DNA from: an uncultured Alphaproteobacteria bacterium
GTDB taxonomy: Bacteria > Pseudomonadota > Alphaproteobacteria > Methylaequorales > Methylaequoraceae
Assembly (NCBI GenBank): GCA_902590895.1
Contig: CACIYM010000001.1
Coordinates: 4,477 to 68,476 of the forward strand
Reading direction: 5' to 3'
DNA: 64,000 nt
The position numbers and the translations under genes are program-made. This document shows, one piece after another, positions 35,602 through 45,848 of this stretch; the stretch's first letter is position 1; every line of letters starts with the position of its first letter. The notes under the pieces were generated by a model. It did no database searches, had not been told where the DNA came from, and saw only the letters and a program-made list of their open reading frames with translations.

Positions 35602-36855
35602 ATGAGAAGAGTGGTAGTTACAGGTATAGGTATGTGCAGTCCACTCGGCTACGGGGTCAAGCATTCCTGGTCTCAACTAATAAACTCAAAGTCAGGTATA
35701 AGACAACTTACTGGCTTTGACATAACCGGCTTGACATCTCAGGTAGGCGGCCAAATTCCCAAGGATGGTAACTCAGAATTTTTTCCAGATAAGGTAATAG
35801 AAGCAAAAGAAGAAAAGAAAATGGAGCCTTTTATCCAGTTTGCTCTTATCGCGGCAAAAGAGGCTATACAAGATTCAGGATGGAAACCAGAAAATGAAAT
35901 TGATTCCGAACGAACTGGTGTTATGATTGGCTCTGGAATTGGCGGTTTAGATGGTATAAAAAAAAGCGCTGAAAATCTTGAAAGAAGCCCTAGAAAAATC
36001 TCCCCTTTTTTCATACCCTCCTGCTTAATTAACTTAGCAGCTGGACACATATCAATTAAACATAATTTCAAAGGTCCTAACCACTCAGTTGTTACAGCAT
36101 GCGCGTCTGGTGCACATGCCATCGGTGATTCGTACAGAATGATATCCTATGGTGATGCCGATGTTATGGTTGCTGGTGGAACAGAATCCGCTTGCACAAG
36201 ATTTGGTATTGCAGGATTTTGTGCAATGAGAGCATTATCTACAAAATTTAATGGAACACCTGATAAAGCATCAAGACCTTGGGATAGAGATAGAGATGGA
36301 TTTGTTTTATCCGAGGGTTCTGGAATTCTTGTTTTGGAGGAGTATGAACATGCGGTAAAGAGGTCTGCAAAAATTTACGCTGAGGTCGTCGGTTATGGCT
36401 TAACTGGAGATGCATACCATCCCACCGCTCCCTCTGAGGACGGTAGTGGAGGTTTTAGAGCAATGAAAATGGCTCTTAAAAATGCTAGAATAAATCCTGA
36501 CTCAATTGACTATATCAACGCACATGGTACATCAACACCACTTGGTGATGAGATAGAATATAATGCAGTAAAAAAACTTTTTGAAAAAAATTTAGATAAA
36601 ATCTATATGTCTTCTACCAAATCTTCAACTGGACATTTATTGGGTGCATCAGGTGCGATTGAAGCAATTTTTTCAATAATTTCTCTTAAAGAAAGTGTTT
36701 TACCTCCAACCCTAAATCTTGACAGTCCATCAGATGATTGTATGGATATTAATCTAATACCGCATCAAAGTATAGATTATAAAAGCTCATTTATCTTATC
36801 AAACTCATTTGGCTTTGGTGGAACAAATGTATCTCTTATATTTAAGAATGTTTAG
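35602..36855 (+). CDS. fabF: 3-oxoacyl-ACP synthase II FabF
   Basis: Has the active-site Cys (VVTACASGAHAIG), HGTSTPLGD and GHLLGASG. Confidence 0.95.
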   Translation: MRRVVVTGIGMCSPLGYGVKHSWSQLINSKSGIRQLTGFDITGLTSQVGGQIPKDGNSEFFPDKVIEAKEEKKMEPFIQFALIAAKEAIQDSGWKPENEIDSERTGVMIGSGIGGLDGIKKSAENLERSPRKISPFFIPSCLINLAAGHISIKHNFKGPNHSVVTACASGAHAIGDSYRMISYGDADVMVAGGTESACTRFGIAGFCAMRALSTKFNGTPDKASRPWDRDRDGFVLSEGSGILVLEEYEHAVKRSAKIYAEVVGYGLTGDAYHPTAPSEDGSGGFRAMKMALKNARINPDSIDYINAHGTSTPLGDEIEYNAVKKLFEKNLDKIYMSSTKSSTGHLLGASGAIEAIFSIISLKESVLPPTLNLDSPSDDCMDINLIPHQSIDYKSSFILSNSFGFGGTNVSLIFKNV

Positions 36856-36860
36856 ATAAG

Positions 36861-37802
36861 GTGACTAAAAGCTTTAGTTTCTTATTGTTAATCACTCTTT
36901 TTAATTTTTTCTATTCTTTATTTTTTTCTTACAATAAAGAAATTTCTAATACTACCATCGTAATACAAAAAGGTATGAAAATAAATGAGATTTCAAATAT
37001 GTTATATGAAAAAAAAATTATTAGAAATAAATCTGCATTTAATTTGTGGATAAAATTTAATTTTCTCGAAAAAAAAATTAAATTTGGGGAATTTCAACTA
37101 AGCGGTAAAAATTCAATTTATAATATTACTAAAAAGCTTCTATCAGGAACTTTTGTTTATAGAAAATTCACTCTGGTTGAGGGTATGTATAAATATGAAC
37201 TGTTAAGAATTTTGAAGGAAATAGATCCAAATTCAGTCATTAGTATATATGATATACCAGACAATATTATTGCTGACACCTACAGTTATCTTGCTACGGA
37301 TACGGCAGAGAGAATTTTAGAAAATATAATAAATTATAGTCAGAGATTTTCTGAGGATATTTGGAAAAAAAGAGATAAAAATATTCCATTAAAAAATATT
37401 GATGAGCTTTACATTCTAGCCTCAATAGTAGAAAAAGAAACGGCGATAAAGAGCGAAAAAGGAAAAATAGCTGGTGTTTTTTTTAATAGGATGAGCATTG
37501 GTATGAGACTTCAATCAGACCCTACTGTTGAGTTTTCAATTACAAAAGGGGTAAAAAAACTTGGTCGAAAGCTTTTAAGAAAAGACTTAAAATTTGATTC
37601 TGAGTATAATACTTACATGAACAAAGGGTTACCCCCATCAATCATTTGTTACCCTGGGAAAGAGTCACTTATTGCAGTGTCCAGACCATACAATAGTAAT
37701 TATTTGTTTTTTGTTGCAAAAAAAAAAAATGGACAACACTATTTTTCAGTTAACTATAAAGAGCACTTAGAGAGAATCAGGTCAATCAAAAATGCAAAAT
37801 AA
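36861..37802 (+). CDS. mltG: endolytic murein transglycosylase MltG (YceG-like)
   Basis: Has an N-terminal TM and the motifs LASIVEKE and GLPPSIICYPG. Lies after fabF. Confidence 0.85.
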   Translation: MTKSFSFLLLITLFNFFYSLFFSYNKEISNTTIVIQKGMKINEISNMLYEKKIIRNKSAFNLWIKFNFLEKKIKFGEFQLSGKNSIYNITKKLLSGTFVYRKFTLVEGMYKYELLRILKEIDPNSVISIYDIPDNIIADTYSYLATDTAERILENIINYSQRFSEDIWKKRDKNIPLKNIDELYILASIVEKETAIKSEKGKIAGVFFNRMSIGMRLQSDPTVEFSITKGVKKLGRKLLRKDLKFDSEYNTYMNKGLPPSIICYPGKESLIAVSRPYNSNYLFFVAKKKNGQHYFSVNYKEHLERIRSIKNAK

Positions 37803-38418
37803 TCAAAGAAAAGGAATAATGCTTATATTATCATCACCTTCAGGTGCAGGTAAAACTTCAATATGTAAAAAAGTTCTAGAAACAGAAAAAAATTTAGTAA
37901 TGTCAGTTTCTTATACGACAAGACCCAAAAGAAAAAGTGAAAAAGAGGGTAGAGATTATATTTTTGTAAAAAAAAAAAAATTTGACTACTTACTGTCGAA
38001 AAACTTCTTTGTTGAAAGTGCTCTTGTTTTTGATCATTTCTATGGAACTCCAAAAAACTTTATTGAAAAAAATATTAACAAAGGAAAAGACATTTTATTT
38101 GATATTGACTGGCAAGGTGCACAGAAATTGGTAGATTATTCAAAAAATGATGTTGTTTCTATTTTCGTATTACCGCCAAGTAATAAGATTTTGTTAGAAA
38201 GATTAAAAAAAAGGAATGAAGACACTGAAGAGATTGTTAAAAAAAGAATGAGTAAAGCCAAATCAGAAATTAGCCATTGGATTGAGTATGATTATATAAT
38301 AATAAATCATGATATTAAAAAAAGTGCTAAAGAGGTAAAAACCATTTTAGATTCAGAGAGAAAAAAAAGAATTAGACAAAAATTTATTTTTGATTTCATC
38401 GATAAACTAACAAAATAA
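37792..38418 (+). CDS. gmk: guanylate kinase
   Basis: Has the P-loop SSPSGAGKTS and TTRPKRKSEKEGRDYIFV. Confidence 0.9.
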   Translation: MQNNQRKGIMLILSSPSGAGKTSICKKVLETEKNLVMSVSYTTRPKRKSEKEGRDYIFVKKKKFDYLLSKNFFVESALVFDHFYGTPKNFIEKNINKGKDILFDIDWQGAQKLVDYSKNDVVSIFVLPPSNKILLERLKKRNEDTEEIVKKRMSKAKSEISHWIEYDYIIINHDIKKSAKEVKTILDSERKKRIRQKFIFDFIDKLTK

Positions 38419-39180
38419 TATTTTGCTAAGTTTTATGTAATCATCTGGTGATAAATCCTGTGGTCTTGAAGATAAATTTATTCCGTTTTCTTTAATTTTT
38501 TTTTTTTCTTCAATACTTAAATTTTTTAAATTATTTTTAAGTATTTTTCTTCTATGCAGAAAGGATACTTTTAAAATTTTATCAAGATTTTGATAGTTAA
38601 AGTTTTTTTCCCCAGGTATGATTTCAATTACAGATGAATTGACTTTCGGTTGTGGAAAAAAATTATTAGCGCTCACTTCAAACTTTTCCTCTACAGAAGC
38701 ATTTGCTTGAACAAGAACTGACGTTCTACTGTAAAACTTTGTTCCAGCTTTTGCATATAATCTTTGGGCAACTTCTTTTTGAACCATTACGACCAAAGCT
38801 TTAAAAATTTTATAATTTCTCATCCAGTCAATTATTAGAGTTGTTGCAATATTGTAGGGTAGGTTTCCAATTAGAATTATTTTTTTTTTTGTTAAAGTAG
38901 AGAAATCAAATGTTAAAGCATCGTTAAATATAAGATTAAAATTTTTGGGATACCTTTCTTTAAATTTGCTTAAGTTTGGTTTTAAATCTTCATCTTTTTC
39001 AATAACAGTAAGATTTTTTGGATTTTCTCTTAATATAAATTCAGTGAGTGAACCACTACCAGGACCTATCTCAATAACGTATTCGTTAAATAGTTTTTTT
39101 ATTTTACTAATTTTTTCTAGAAGTTTTCTGTTATGAAGAAAGTTTTGACCTAGCGATTTTTTGTGATAAAAGTTTGGCAT
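38407..39180 (-). CDS. rsmA: 16S rRNA (adenine1518/1519-N6)-dimethyltransferase RsmA/KsgA
   Basis: Has KSLGQNFL, EIGPGSGSLT and NLPYNI. Shows pdxA-ksgA synteny. Confidence 0.9.
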   Translation of the reverse strand: MPNFYHKKSLGQNFLHNRKLLEKISKIKKLFNEYVIEIGPGSGSLTEFILRENPKNLTVIEKDEDLKPNLSKFKERYPKNFNLIFNDALTFDFSTLTKKKIILIGNLPYNIATTLIIDWMRNYKIFKALVVMVQKEVAQRLYAKAGTKFYSRTSVLVQANASVEEKFEVSANNFFPQPKVNSSVIEIIPGEKNFNYQNLDKILKVSFLHRRKILKNNLKNLSIEEKKKIKENGINLSSRPQDLSPDDYIKLSKILFC

Positions 39181-40199
39181 TATCCATGTCTCTCTAAAAA
39201 TTTAATAGATGATATAACGCTATTTATTTTTGCTGATTTTAACTTTGCTATATCAAATGCAGGTCCATGATCAGGGGATACTCTAATTATAGGAAGTCCA
39301 GCAGTAACATTTATTGAATTAAAAAAATCAAGTGTTTTTACTGGTGAGAGTGCTTGGTCATGATAAAGGCACAAAATTCCATCATATTTTTCTCTTATAT
39401 TCTTAAAAAAACAGGTATCACTACTAAGTGGACCAGACACATGTATCCCTTTGGTTTTTAATTTTTTTATTATTGGTTCAATAATTTTTTTTTCCTCATC
39501 GCCAATTAGTCCCTCTTCTCCTGAATGCGGGTTTAAACCTGTAATTCCAATTCGCGGTTGTTTTATCTTCCAAATTTTTTTTAAAGAATTTCTAAAAATC
39601 AGAAGTTTTTCTTCAATTTCTTTTTTTTTTAAAAAATTAAAAATTCTTTTTAGTGGGATATGGGTGGTAACCAAACCTACTATTAAATTTTTTCCTTTGT
39701 CTGTTGGTTTTGTGGTGGATAATATCATTATTTCTTTATTTTTGTGATGAAATTTTTTTTTGGAAAGATCACCAATAAACTCAGTCTGTCCATTAAATTT
39801 AAATCCTGAACTTTTTAATGTTCTTTTACACACTGGTAAGGTTAATAACCCAAGTGCTTTTTTTTGTGCTACAAAATCGAACGATATTCTTAAGGACCTA
39901 AGAATTATTTTTGTATTTTTTTTATTTGGTTTACCAAGTTTAAAATCAACTTTTTCATTAATATTAAAAATTGGAAGTTTATATTTAAAAAAATCGTTTG
40001 TTTCAAAGGGATCATTTATGATCTGAGTTTCAATTTTCAAATCTAAATAATCAATCATTTTTTTTATTTTTTGAATATTATCAACAATAAAAAATGGATA
40101 AAGTTTATACTTATTTCTGTATTTCCACGATTTTAAAATTATTTCAGAGGATATACCTGATGGCTCACCCATTGAAACAACTATTGGTTTTTTTTTCAT
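39180..40199 (-). CDS. pdxA: 4-hydroxythreonine-4-phosphate dehydrogenase PdxA
   Basis: Has GEPSGI, GLNPHSGE and SPDHGPAFDIA. Shows surA-pdxA-ksgA synteny. Confidence 0.9.
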   Translation of the reverse strand: MKKKPIVVSMGEPSGISSEIILKSWKYRNKYKLYPFFIVDNIQKIKKMIDYLDLKIETQIINDPFETNDFFKYKLPIFNINEKVDFKLGKPNKKNTKIILRSLRISFDFVAQKKALGLLTLPVCKRTLKSSGFKFNGQTEFIGDLSKKKFHHKNKEIMILSTTKPTDKGKNLIVGLVTTHIPLKRIFNFLKKKEIEEKLLIFRNSLKKIWKIKQPRIGITGLNPHSGEEGLIGDEEKKIIEPIIKKLKTKGIHVSGPLSSDTCFFKNIREKYDGILCLYHDQALSPVKTLDFFNSINVTAGLPIIRVSPDHGPAFDIAKLKSAKINSVISSIKFLERHG

Positions 40200-40205
40200 T
40201 GCTTA

Positions 40206-41447
40206 TTATTTGTTGAAGTATTTTATATTTGCATTTTTTCTAAGATTTGCAATAAAAGTACTAGCTAGTTGGTTAAATTTTTTTGCGTATAAATTATTTT
40301 GAATTTTGTTTCTTTTTTCTACTTGATTAAGTTCATTTTTTTTATCACATAACTTTAAAACACTGAACTGATTATCATGACTTATAACAGTTGAAAATTC
40401 TCCAATTTCAAGTTTTTCAAGCTTTTCTAAATAAACACTTATCATTTCATTGGCAATTACATCTGTTAACTTTATAGCAGAAATATTACTATCTATGTTA
40501 AATTTATCGTTTGAGCAACTAATTGATGAAAATTTTGAAAAATCTAAATTTTCAATCTCAAAGGATGATACTTTAATAAAGGAATATTTAAGCATTTGAT
40601 ATCCAAAAATCCTTTTTTTATTCAATTTAATGATTTTATAACCATCATTTACTTTTATTTCCCTAGAAATGTCTCCTTCTTTCATTTCTGTTAAGATTTT
40701 TTTTAATTTGGTATCTAAATTTTCTTCAATGGTCCAGTTTAACTCAGAATCTTGATTTTCTTTTCCAAATCCATACTTATCAGCAAGATTATTGAATGAA
40801 ATTCCCTGATCTAACAATGAAACAAAATTTTTTAATTTTTTTTTTGATTCTGACCAATCATTGCTGGTTTTATTTTCAAAAAAAACTTCTGTAAAATTAT
40901 ATTCGTATTTACCTTGTTTTTTTTTTTCATCTTCTAGTATTTTTTCAATTTCTTGCTGACTTATTATTACTTTAGAGGAGAATTTTTTTTGTAATAATTT
41001 TTTCCACATCAATTCAGCGGATAATTGATCCATAAGAATGTCAATATCGATACCATTTTCTTTATTGATGAATACTTTAAAATCCTCGAATCTCTCTCTT
41101 GGAAAATTATACAGCATCGAGGCAAAGTCAATTAGTTCATCTTCTGTGTGATTAACATTTTCTTTTATAGCTTCTGATTTCTTAATTTTTTCAATTATTA
41201 ACAATTCCAGTACTTTTTCGCGAACGTTATCTCTGTTGGAAATATTATCCTCAAGATCCAATGATCTTAATGCAAGCTTTATTCTTTCTGAGAGATCATA
41301 AGTTGTGAGAACATTTGAGTTAACGCTTACAATAAGTCCTTCAAATTTTTCAATAGATTTAGTTTGAAAGTTGAAAAAACCATAATGATAAAAAGTGAAA
41401 ATAAAAAAAATAAATTTTAAAAACATAACAATTTTTCTAAAAATCAC
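40206..41447 (-). CDS. surA: periplasmic chaperone SurA-like (single parvulin-like domain)
   Basis: Has a signal/anchor sequence and an N-terminal SurA-like chaperone region. The parvulin-like end is EMKEGDISREIKVNDGYKIIKL. Lies between lptD and pdxA. Confidence 0.7.
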   Translation of the reverse strand: MIFRKIVMFLKFIFFIFTFYHYGFFNFQTKSIEKFEGLIVSVNSNVLTTYDLSERIKLALRSLDLEDNISNRDNVREKVLELLIIEKIKKSEAIKENVNHTEDELIDFASMLYNFPRERFEDFKVFINKENGIDIDILMDQLSAELMWKKLLQKKFSSKVIISQQEIEKILEDEKKKQGKYEYNFTEVFFENKTSNDWSESKKKLKNFVSLLDQGISFNNLADKYGFGKENQDSELNWTIEENLDTKLKKILTEMKEGDISREIKVNDGYKIIKLNKKRIFGYQMLKYSFIKVSSFEIENLDFSKFSSISCSNDKFNIDSNISAIKLTDVIANEMISVYLEKLEKLEIGEFSTVISHDNQFSVLKLCDKKNELNQVEKRNKIQNNLYAKKFNQLASTFIANLRKNANIKYFNK

Positions 41448-43611
41448 TTTCCATTATCTCCTTTATACTGAATAGAAAGGCAAAGTTATTTGATGTTGGA
41501 TCCTCAGGATTATGAGTGAACTGTCTTGTCCACAAAAAAGAAACTCCAAAACACTCATCTTCATATTTAAGTTTTGCTCCAAAATTGTACATTTTAATTT
41601 CATTTTTTTTATCAAATGTTGTAAAGCTAGTAAAGTTCCAATAATCATCTATTTGTTGGGTATATCTTACAGAAAATTGATTTTTACCATCTATTTCGTT
41701 TTCTCCATTTATATTAACGACAGGTGCAGATTTTATATTACTTATAGAAAGTAATGAATTTTTTTGATGAATTAAGAAATCAGAATATGCTGTTTTAATG
41801 GTTGAGTCTTTTTTATCAATTTTTAGGTATGAATTTATCTTAATACTTTCTTGAGGAATAAGTCTCAAATTAATTACTATGTCTGAGAATTTATCATTTA
41901 TACCAGAATTATTTTCAAGATATTTATTTCGTCCAAGTTGATAACTCTGTCCGACTTCTAAAAGCGTAATATTGTCATCTTTATAAATCTTCTTTTTTAA
42001 AAAAGATAATCCATAATCTATTCTTGAGGTAGAATCAAACCTGTCGTTTCCTGAAATTCGATTAACATTAAACAAATCGATGAAATCAAAATCGAAATTA
42101 TTGATATCACTTTCATCTGGTATTGCTCTAAAAAAAGCATTTTTATTTGATTTAATTGCTAATATTTTTGGAGTGACAATAGTTATATAATCATTGTTTT
42201 TCTTGTAATAAGGTTTGCTAAATTCCATGAATAATTGCGGAAAAAAATTTGATCTATATTTATTATATTCAAATTTATCGTTTTTAGGATTTTGAAATTT
42301 TTCAATATTATAAACACCACCGTTAAAATGAACTCCAGGTTTGACAAAAGTACCATCATCAAAAAGTTTTGGAAATTCAAACTTTTGTTGAAAAAATAAT
42401 TTTTTTGTTTCATTTCCATTGGTTCTTATAATATTTGAGAATTCAATATTTGTGTTGTAATTAAAGCTATTATTTTTAGAATCAGAATTTAACTCAATTA
42501 AAATTCTTGGTAATACTTTAGGTGTTTCCTTTCTGTCAAATTGTTGTCTTAAATCCTGGAACAAATAAGATTGAAAGCTATAGAAATTATTTGATCTTAA
42601 ACTCTCAATTTTAATATTTGATTCTAAGGTATCTTTATAGTTATATTTGTATGTATTAAGATAATTTCTATCAGTTGTTTTGTGAATTTTAAAATCAAGA
42701 TAAGAGTTTGACGATAAGTCAAAAGAGCCAACCGTCTTAATGTGGCCTCTTTTTTTATTTTCTTTCAATTCATTCACTTCTTGGTTTTCAATAGTTGCAC
42801 TAAACTCAGTCTTTAGCTCTCCATTAAAAAAATTTTTTCTGTGTTCAAAGAATAAGGCAGGATTTTTTTTTTGTGAGAACTTAGGTGTTATTGTAATATC
42901 ATGATAATCATTTATTGAATAATAATAAGGAACATTACTTCCAAAACCAAAAAAGTGTGTTTGAAAAAAACTTGGAGCTAAAAAACCAGATTTTCTTTTT
43001 ACTAATGGTGAGGGATGAGAGAAATAAGGAAGATAAAAAATACTTTTACCTTTGAAATCAAAAAAAGCATCATAGTACTTTACATCTAATTCTTTTTTGT
43101 CATGAATTATTTTCTTTGCCTTTAATTGAATAAGTGGCGGATCGAATTTTTTCTTTTCTTCATTATAGCATAATCTACAGGCAGTAAATTTTCCAAACTC
43201 CATTTTTTCCCAAGTTTTGTTCCTCCTTTCTACTTTTTTAGCTGCAATTCTTAGAAAATTTTCTTCTTCATTAAATTTTTTACCAGGAATATATAAGTAA
43301 TTATTTAAAATTAATGCATTATTTAGATTTTGATCTGCAACAATTTTTTCTGCTTTAAGTATTGTTCCATCAATATTAAAAACTTTAACATTTTCCCTCG
43401 CAGAAATCACTCTTGAAGAATTATTCACAAAAACCTTTTCAGCAAATAGCTTAAATTCAGAATCTAATATCTCAACATTTCCAGTAGCGTAGATTCTTGT
43501 ATTGTCTTTGTCATAAGTAAACTGATCAGCATTTATTTCGATTTTATCATTTGAAAAGGAAGAAAAATTTACAAGAATTAAAAATATGATGAAAAATTTA
43601 ACCATCTTCAA
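41437..43611 (-). CDS. lptD: LPS assembly outer membrane protein LptD
   Basis: 724 aa with a signal peptide, an N-terminal OstA-like region (INADQFTYDKDNTRIYATGNVEI) and a large beta-barrel. Shows synteny with surA and lptFG. Confidence 0.85.
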   Translation of the reverse strand: MKMVKFFIIFLILVNFSSFSNDKIEINADQFTYDKDNTRIYATGNVEILDSEFKLFAEKVFVNNSSRVISARENVKVFNIDGTILKAEKIVADQNLNNALILNNYLYIPGKKFNEEENFLRIAAKKVERRNKTWEKMEFGKFTACRLCYNEEKKKFDPPLIQLKAKKIIHDKKELDVKYYDAFFDFKGKSIFYLPYFSHPSPLVKRKSGFLAPSFFQTHFFGFGSNVPYYYSINDYHDITITPKFSQKKNPALFFEHRKNFFNGELKTEFSATIENQEVNELKENKKRGHIKTVGSFDLSSNSYLDFKIHKTTDRNYLNTYKYNYKDTLESNIKIESLRSNNFYSFQSYLFQDLRQQFDRKETPKVLPRILIELNSDSKNNSFNYNTNIEFSNIIRTNGNETKKLFFQQKFEFPKLFDDGTFVKPGVHFNGGVYNIEKFQNPKNDKFEYNKYRSNFFPQLFMEFSKPYYKKNNDYITIVTPKILAIKSNKNAFFRAIPDESDINNFDFDFIDLFNVNRISGNDRFDSTSRIDYGLSFLKKKIYKDDNITLLEVGQSYQLGRNKYLENNSGINDKFSDIVINLRLIPQESIKINSYLKIDKKDSTIKTAYSDFLIHQKNSLLSISNIKSAPVVNINGENEIDGKNQFSVRYTQQIDDYWNFTSFTTFDKKNEIKMYNFGAKLKYEDECFGVSFLWTRQFTHNPEDPTSNNFAFLFSIKEIMESDF

Positions 43612-44692
43612 GATGAATCAATGTACTAATTAAAACTAAGTTAAAAATAATTGGAATTGACCAGACCGAAAGAAAAATATTTAGTGCTCCTGTTTGTCCA
43701 AAAGTTTTGACAATATCAGAAAGAAAATGAAAGATAACTCCTATAATTATTCCGTATATTATTTTAACCAAGTTTTTTTTTATTCTGTCCTTTTTAATCG
43801 ATAAAATACAACCTAAGAGAACCATCGAAATAAGAATAAGTGGATAGGAATATAAATAATTTTTATATACTTCATGTTTTTTTACAGAAAATCCAGAATT
43901 TTCAAGATTTTTTATGTAGTCATTAAGACTCCAAAAACTGATGGTTTCAGGAGGTCTAAAGTTTTTTTCAATTTTGTTAGCATCTAAATTTATTTCTAAG
44001 TATGTTTTTTGAAATGATTCAGGATTTTCATTGATTTTTAACCTAAAACCATTCTCAAGTTGCCAAAGTTGGTCATTTTCCATTTTAACATTTTCAACAT
44101 CAATTCTTTCTAGAAATTCGTTATTTAAATCAAATTTAAAAATTTTTACATTTTTTAATGTTTTATTTTCAAAAGAATAATGCTGAGAATTAATTACATA
44201 CTCAAAATTATCATTTTTTTCTCTAAGCCAGAGACCGGTCTCAGAAATTGCAAACAAACCAGCGTTACCCTTAAAAAAAATACTTTCATAGTTTTTAAAT
44301 TTTATACTCATAAAAGCAAAAATTGGATTAAAAACTAGTAAATATAAAAAGCTTATAATAACCACGTTAAAAATTGACGGAAAAATAAGTGACCATATTG
44401 AAAAACCTGATGCTCTTAAAACTGTAAGCTCGTTATTTTTATTGAGTTTCATATAAGTGTGCATAGAACTTAAAAGAAAAACTGTTGGAAGAATTAGAGG
44501 AAACAAAGTTGGAATGTGAAAAATTGCCATTTTTAATAAAATTAAAAAATCTATTTCTTTACTAGAACTTCTTCTAATCAACTCAATAAGATCAATTGAA
44601 ATAAATAACAAACAAGAAAATGAGAAAATGAGTAGAAATGAATAAATATTTTCTTTTATGAGATATCTTAGAATAATTGGATTTTTAATCAT
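43598..44692 (-). CDS. lptG: LPS export ABC permease LptG (YjgP/YjgQ family)
   Basis: 364 aa with six TM segments and a periplasmic beta-jellyroll insert. It is the second of two tandem paralogues and overlaps lptF by 8 nt. Confidence 0.8.
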   Translation of the reverse strand: MIKNPIILRYLIKENIYSFLLIFSFSCLLFISIDLIELIRRSSSKEIDFLILLKMAIFHIPTLFPLILPTVFLLSSMHTYMKLNKNNELTVLRASGFSIWSLIFPSIFNVVIISFLYLLVFNPIFAFMSIKFKNYESIFFKGNAGLFAISETGLWLREKNDNFEYVINSQHYSFENKTLKNVKIFKFDLNNEFLERIDVENVKMENDQLWQLENGFRLKINENPESFQKTYLEINLDANKIEKNFRPPETISFWSLNDYIKNLENSGFSVKKHEVYKNYLYSYPLILISMVLLGCILSIKKDRIKKNLVKIIYGIIIGVIFHFLSDIVKTFGQTGALNIFLSVWSIPIIFNLVLISTLIHLEDG

Positions 44693-45779
44693 AAATAAGT
44701 TTCCTGGATTTTGATAGAAAAAAAATTGAAAAAATTATTGAGAAAACTGAAGGAAAGAAGTTTACATAATGCATATTTTCAAATTTAATTGAAAGATTTG
44801 ATGAAAAAATTGATAAAATTTGCAAAAAAACTATCAATGAGAGAATTTTTACTGTTCTTGAAATATTTTCAACTCTATCGAATTTTAGATTTAAAATAAA
44901 ACCTAAGAGGAACACACTGAATGATAACACATTAATGGGCATTGCAAATCTTAATGTTATTTCGGCTTTAAATGCTTGAAGGTTTTTAATGTCGTCTAGA
45001 GAGTTTTTATCAGGAAACATTAATTCATCTAGTGTGCGTTCAGAGGGTGACTTCCACCTAGTTAGGAAATTATCATTACTTTCTTGATTAATGTTGAGTA
45101 AATATTCATCAAAGTAAAGAATTGATAATTTTTTGTCTTTGGACTGAAACTGTTGTGAACCTTGTCTTAAAAAAATTTTTGTTGCCAAATCAGTATTTAT
45201 AATTTTTCCTTTTTTTGCAATAAGTGTTGTAGGCTTATTTGCGTCGCGAGTATCATGTATAAAAATATTATGGAGGCCATCTTTATTATTCTGTTTTATA
45301 AAAATTGTAAAATCTTTGCCAATTGTATTAAACATTCCCTCTTGAAGAAGTGTAGAAGAATAGTCGTTTTTAATAGTGTACAAAAGTATCTTAAAATTTT
45401 TATTAGAAAGTGGAGCTTGGTAAATTGTAAAAAAAAAACTTAGTATAGTTAAGATTGTTCCAAAAAGAAAGACAGGTTTTACCAATTCAACGTTTGAGAA
45501 ACCGGATGATTGTAGGATAACCATTTCTCTATCTGTTTGCATTCTAGAATATACAAAAAATATAGAAAGACTTGTAATTATAGGTAATAGAGTAGGGATG
45601 ATTTGTGGAAGAGAATTAAAAATCAACTTAAAAAATACTGAGGCTGGTAAACCTCTGCTCACCATTAATTCGATAAGTTGGACACTTTTACCAAGACAAA
45701 AAACCGAAGTGATAAGCACTAGTATCAAAAGAGAATTGTTTAAAAGTTGCTTAAAAATATACTTATCAACTAAATTCAT
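44685..45779 (-). CDS. lptF: LPS export ABC permease LptF (YjgP/YjgQ family)
   Basis: 364 aa. It is the first of the tandem pair and is divergent from pepA-holC, the same arrangement as in E. coli. Confidence 0.8.
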   Translation of the reverse strand: MNLVDKYIFKQLLNNSLLILVLITSVFCLGKSVQLIELMVSRGLPASVFFKLIFNSLPQIIPTLLPIITSLSIFFVYSRMQTDREMVILQSSGFSNVELVKPVFLFGTILTILSFFFTIYQAPLSNKNFKILLYTIKNDYSSTLLQEGMFNTIGKDFTIFIKQNNKDGLHNIFIHDTRDANKPTTLIAKKGKIINTDLATKIFLRQGSQQFQSKDKKLSILYFDEYLLNINQESNDNFLTRWKSPSERTLDELMFPDKNSLDDIKNLQAFKAEITLRFAMPINVLSFSVFLLGFILNLKFDRVENISRTVKILSLIVFLQILSIFSSNLSIKFENMHYVNFFPSVFSIIFSIFFLSKSRKLIYD

Positions 45780-45848
45780 TGTATTTTAAAAAAAAACAAT
45801 ATAAATATACATTACTTACTATAAATATTACTACAAATAAAAACCAAA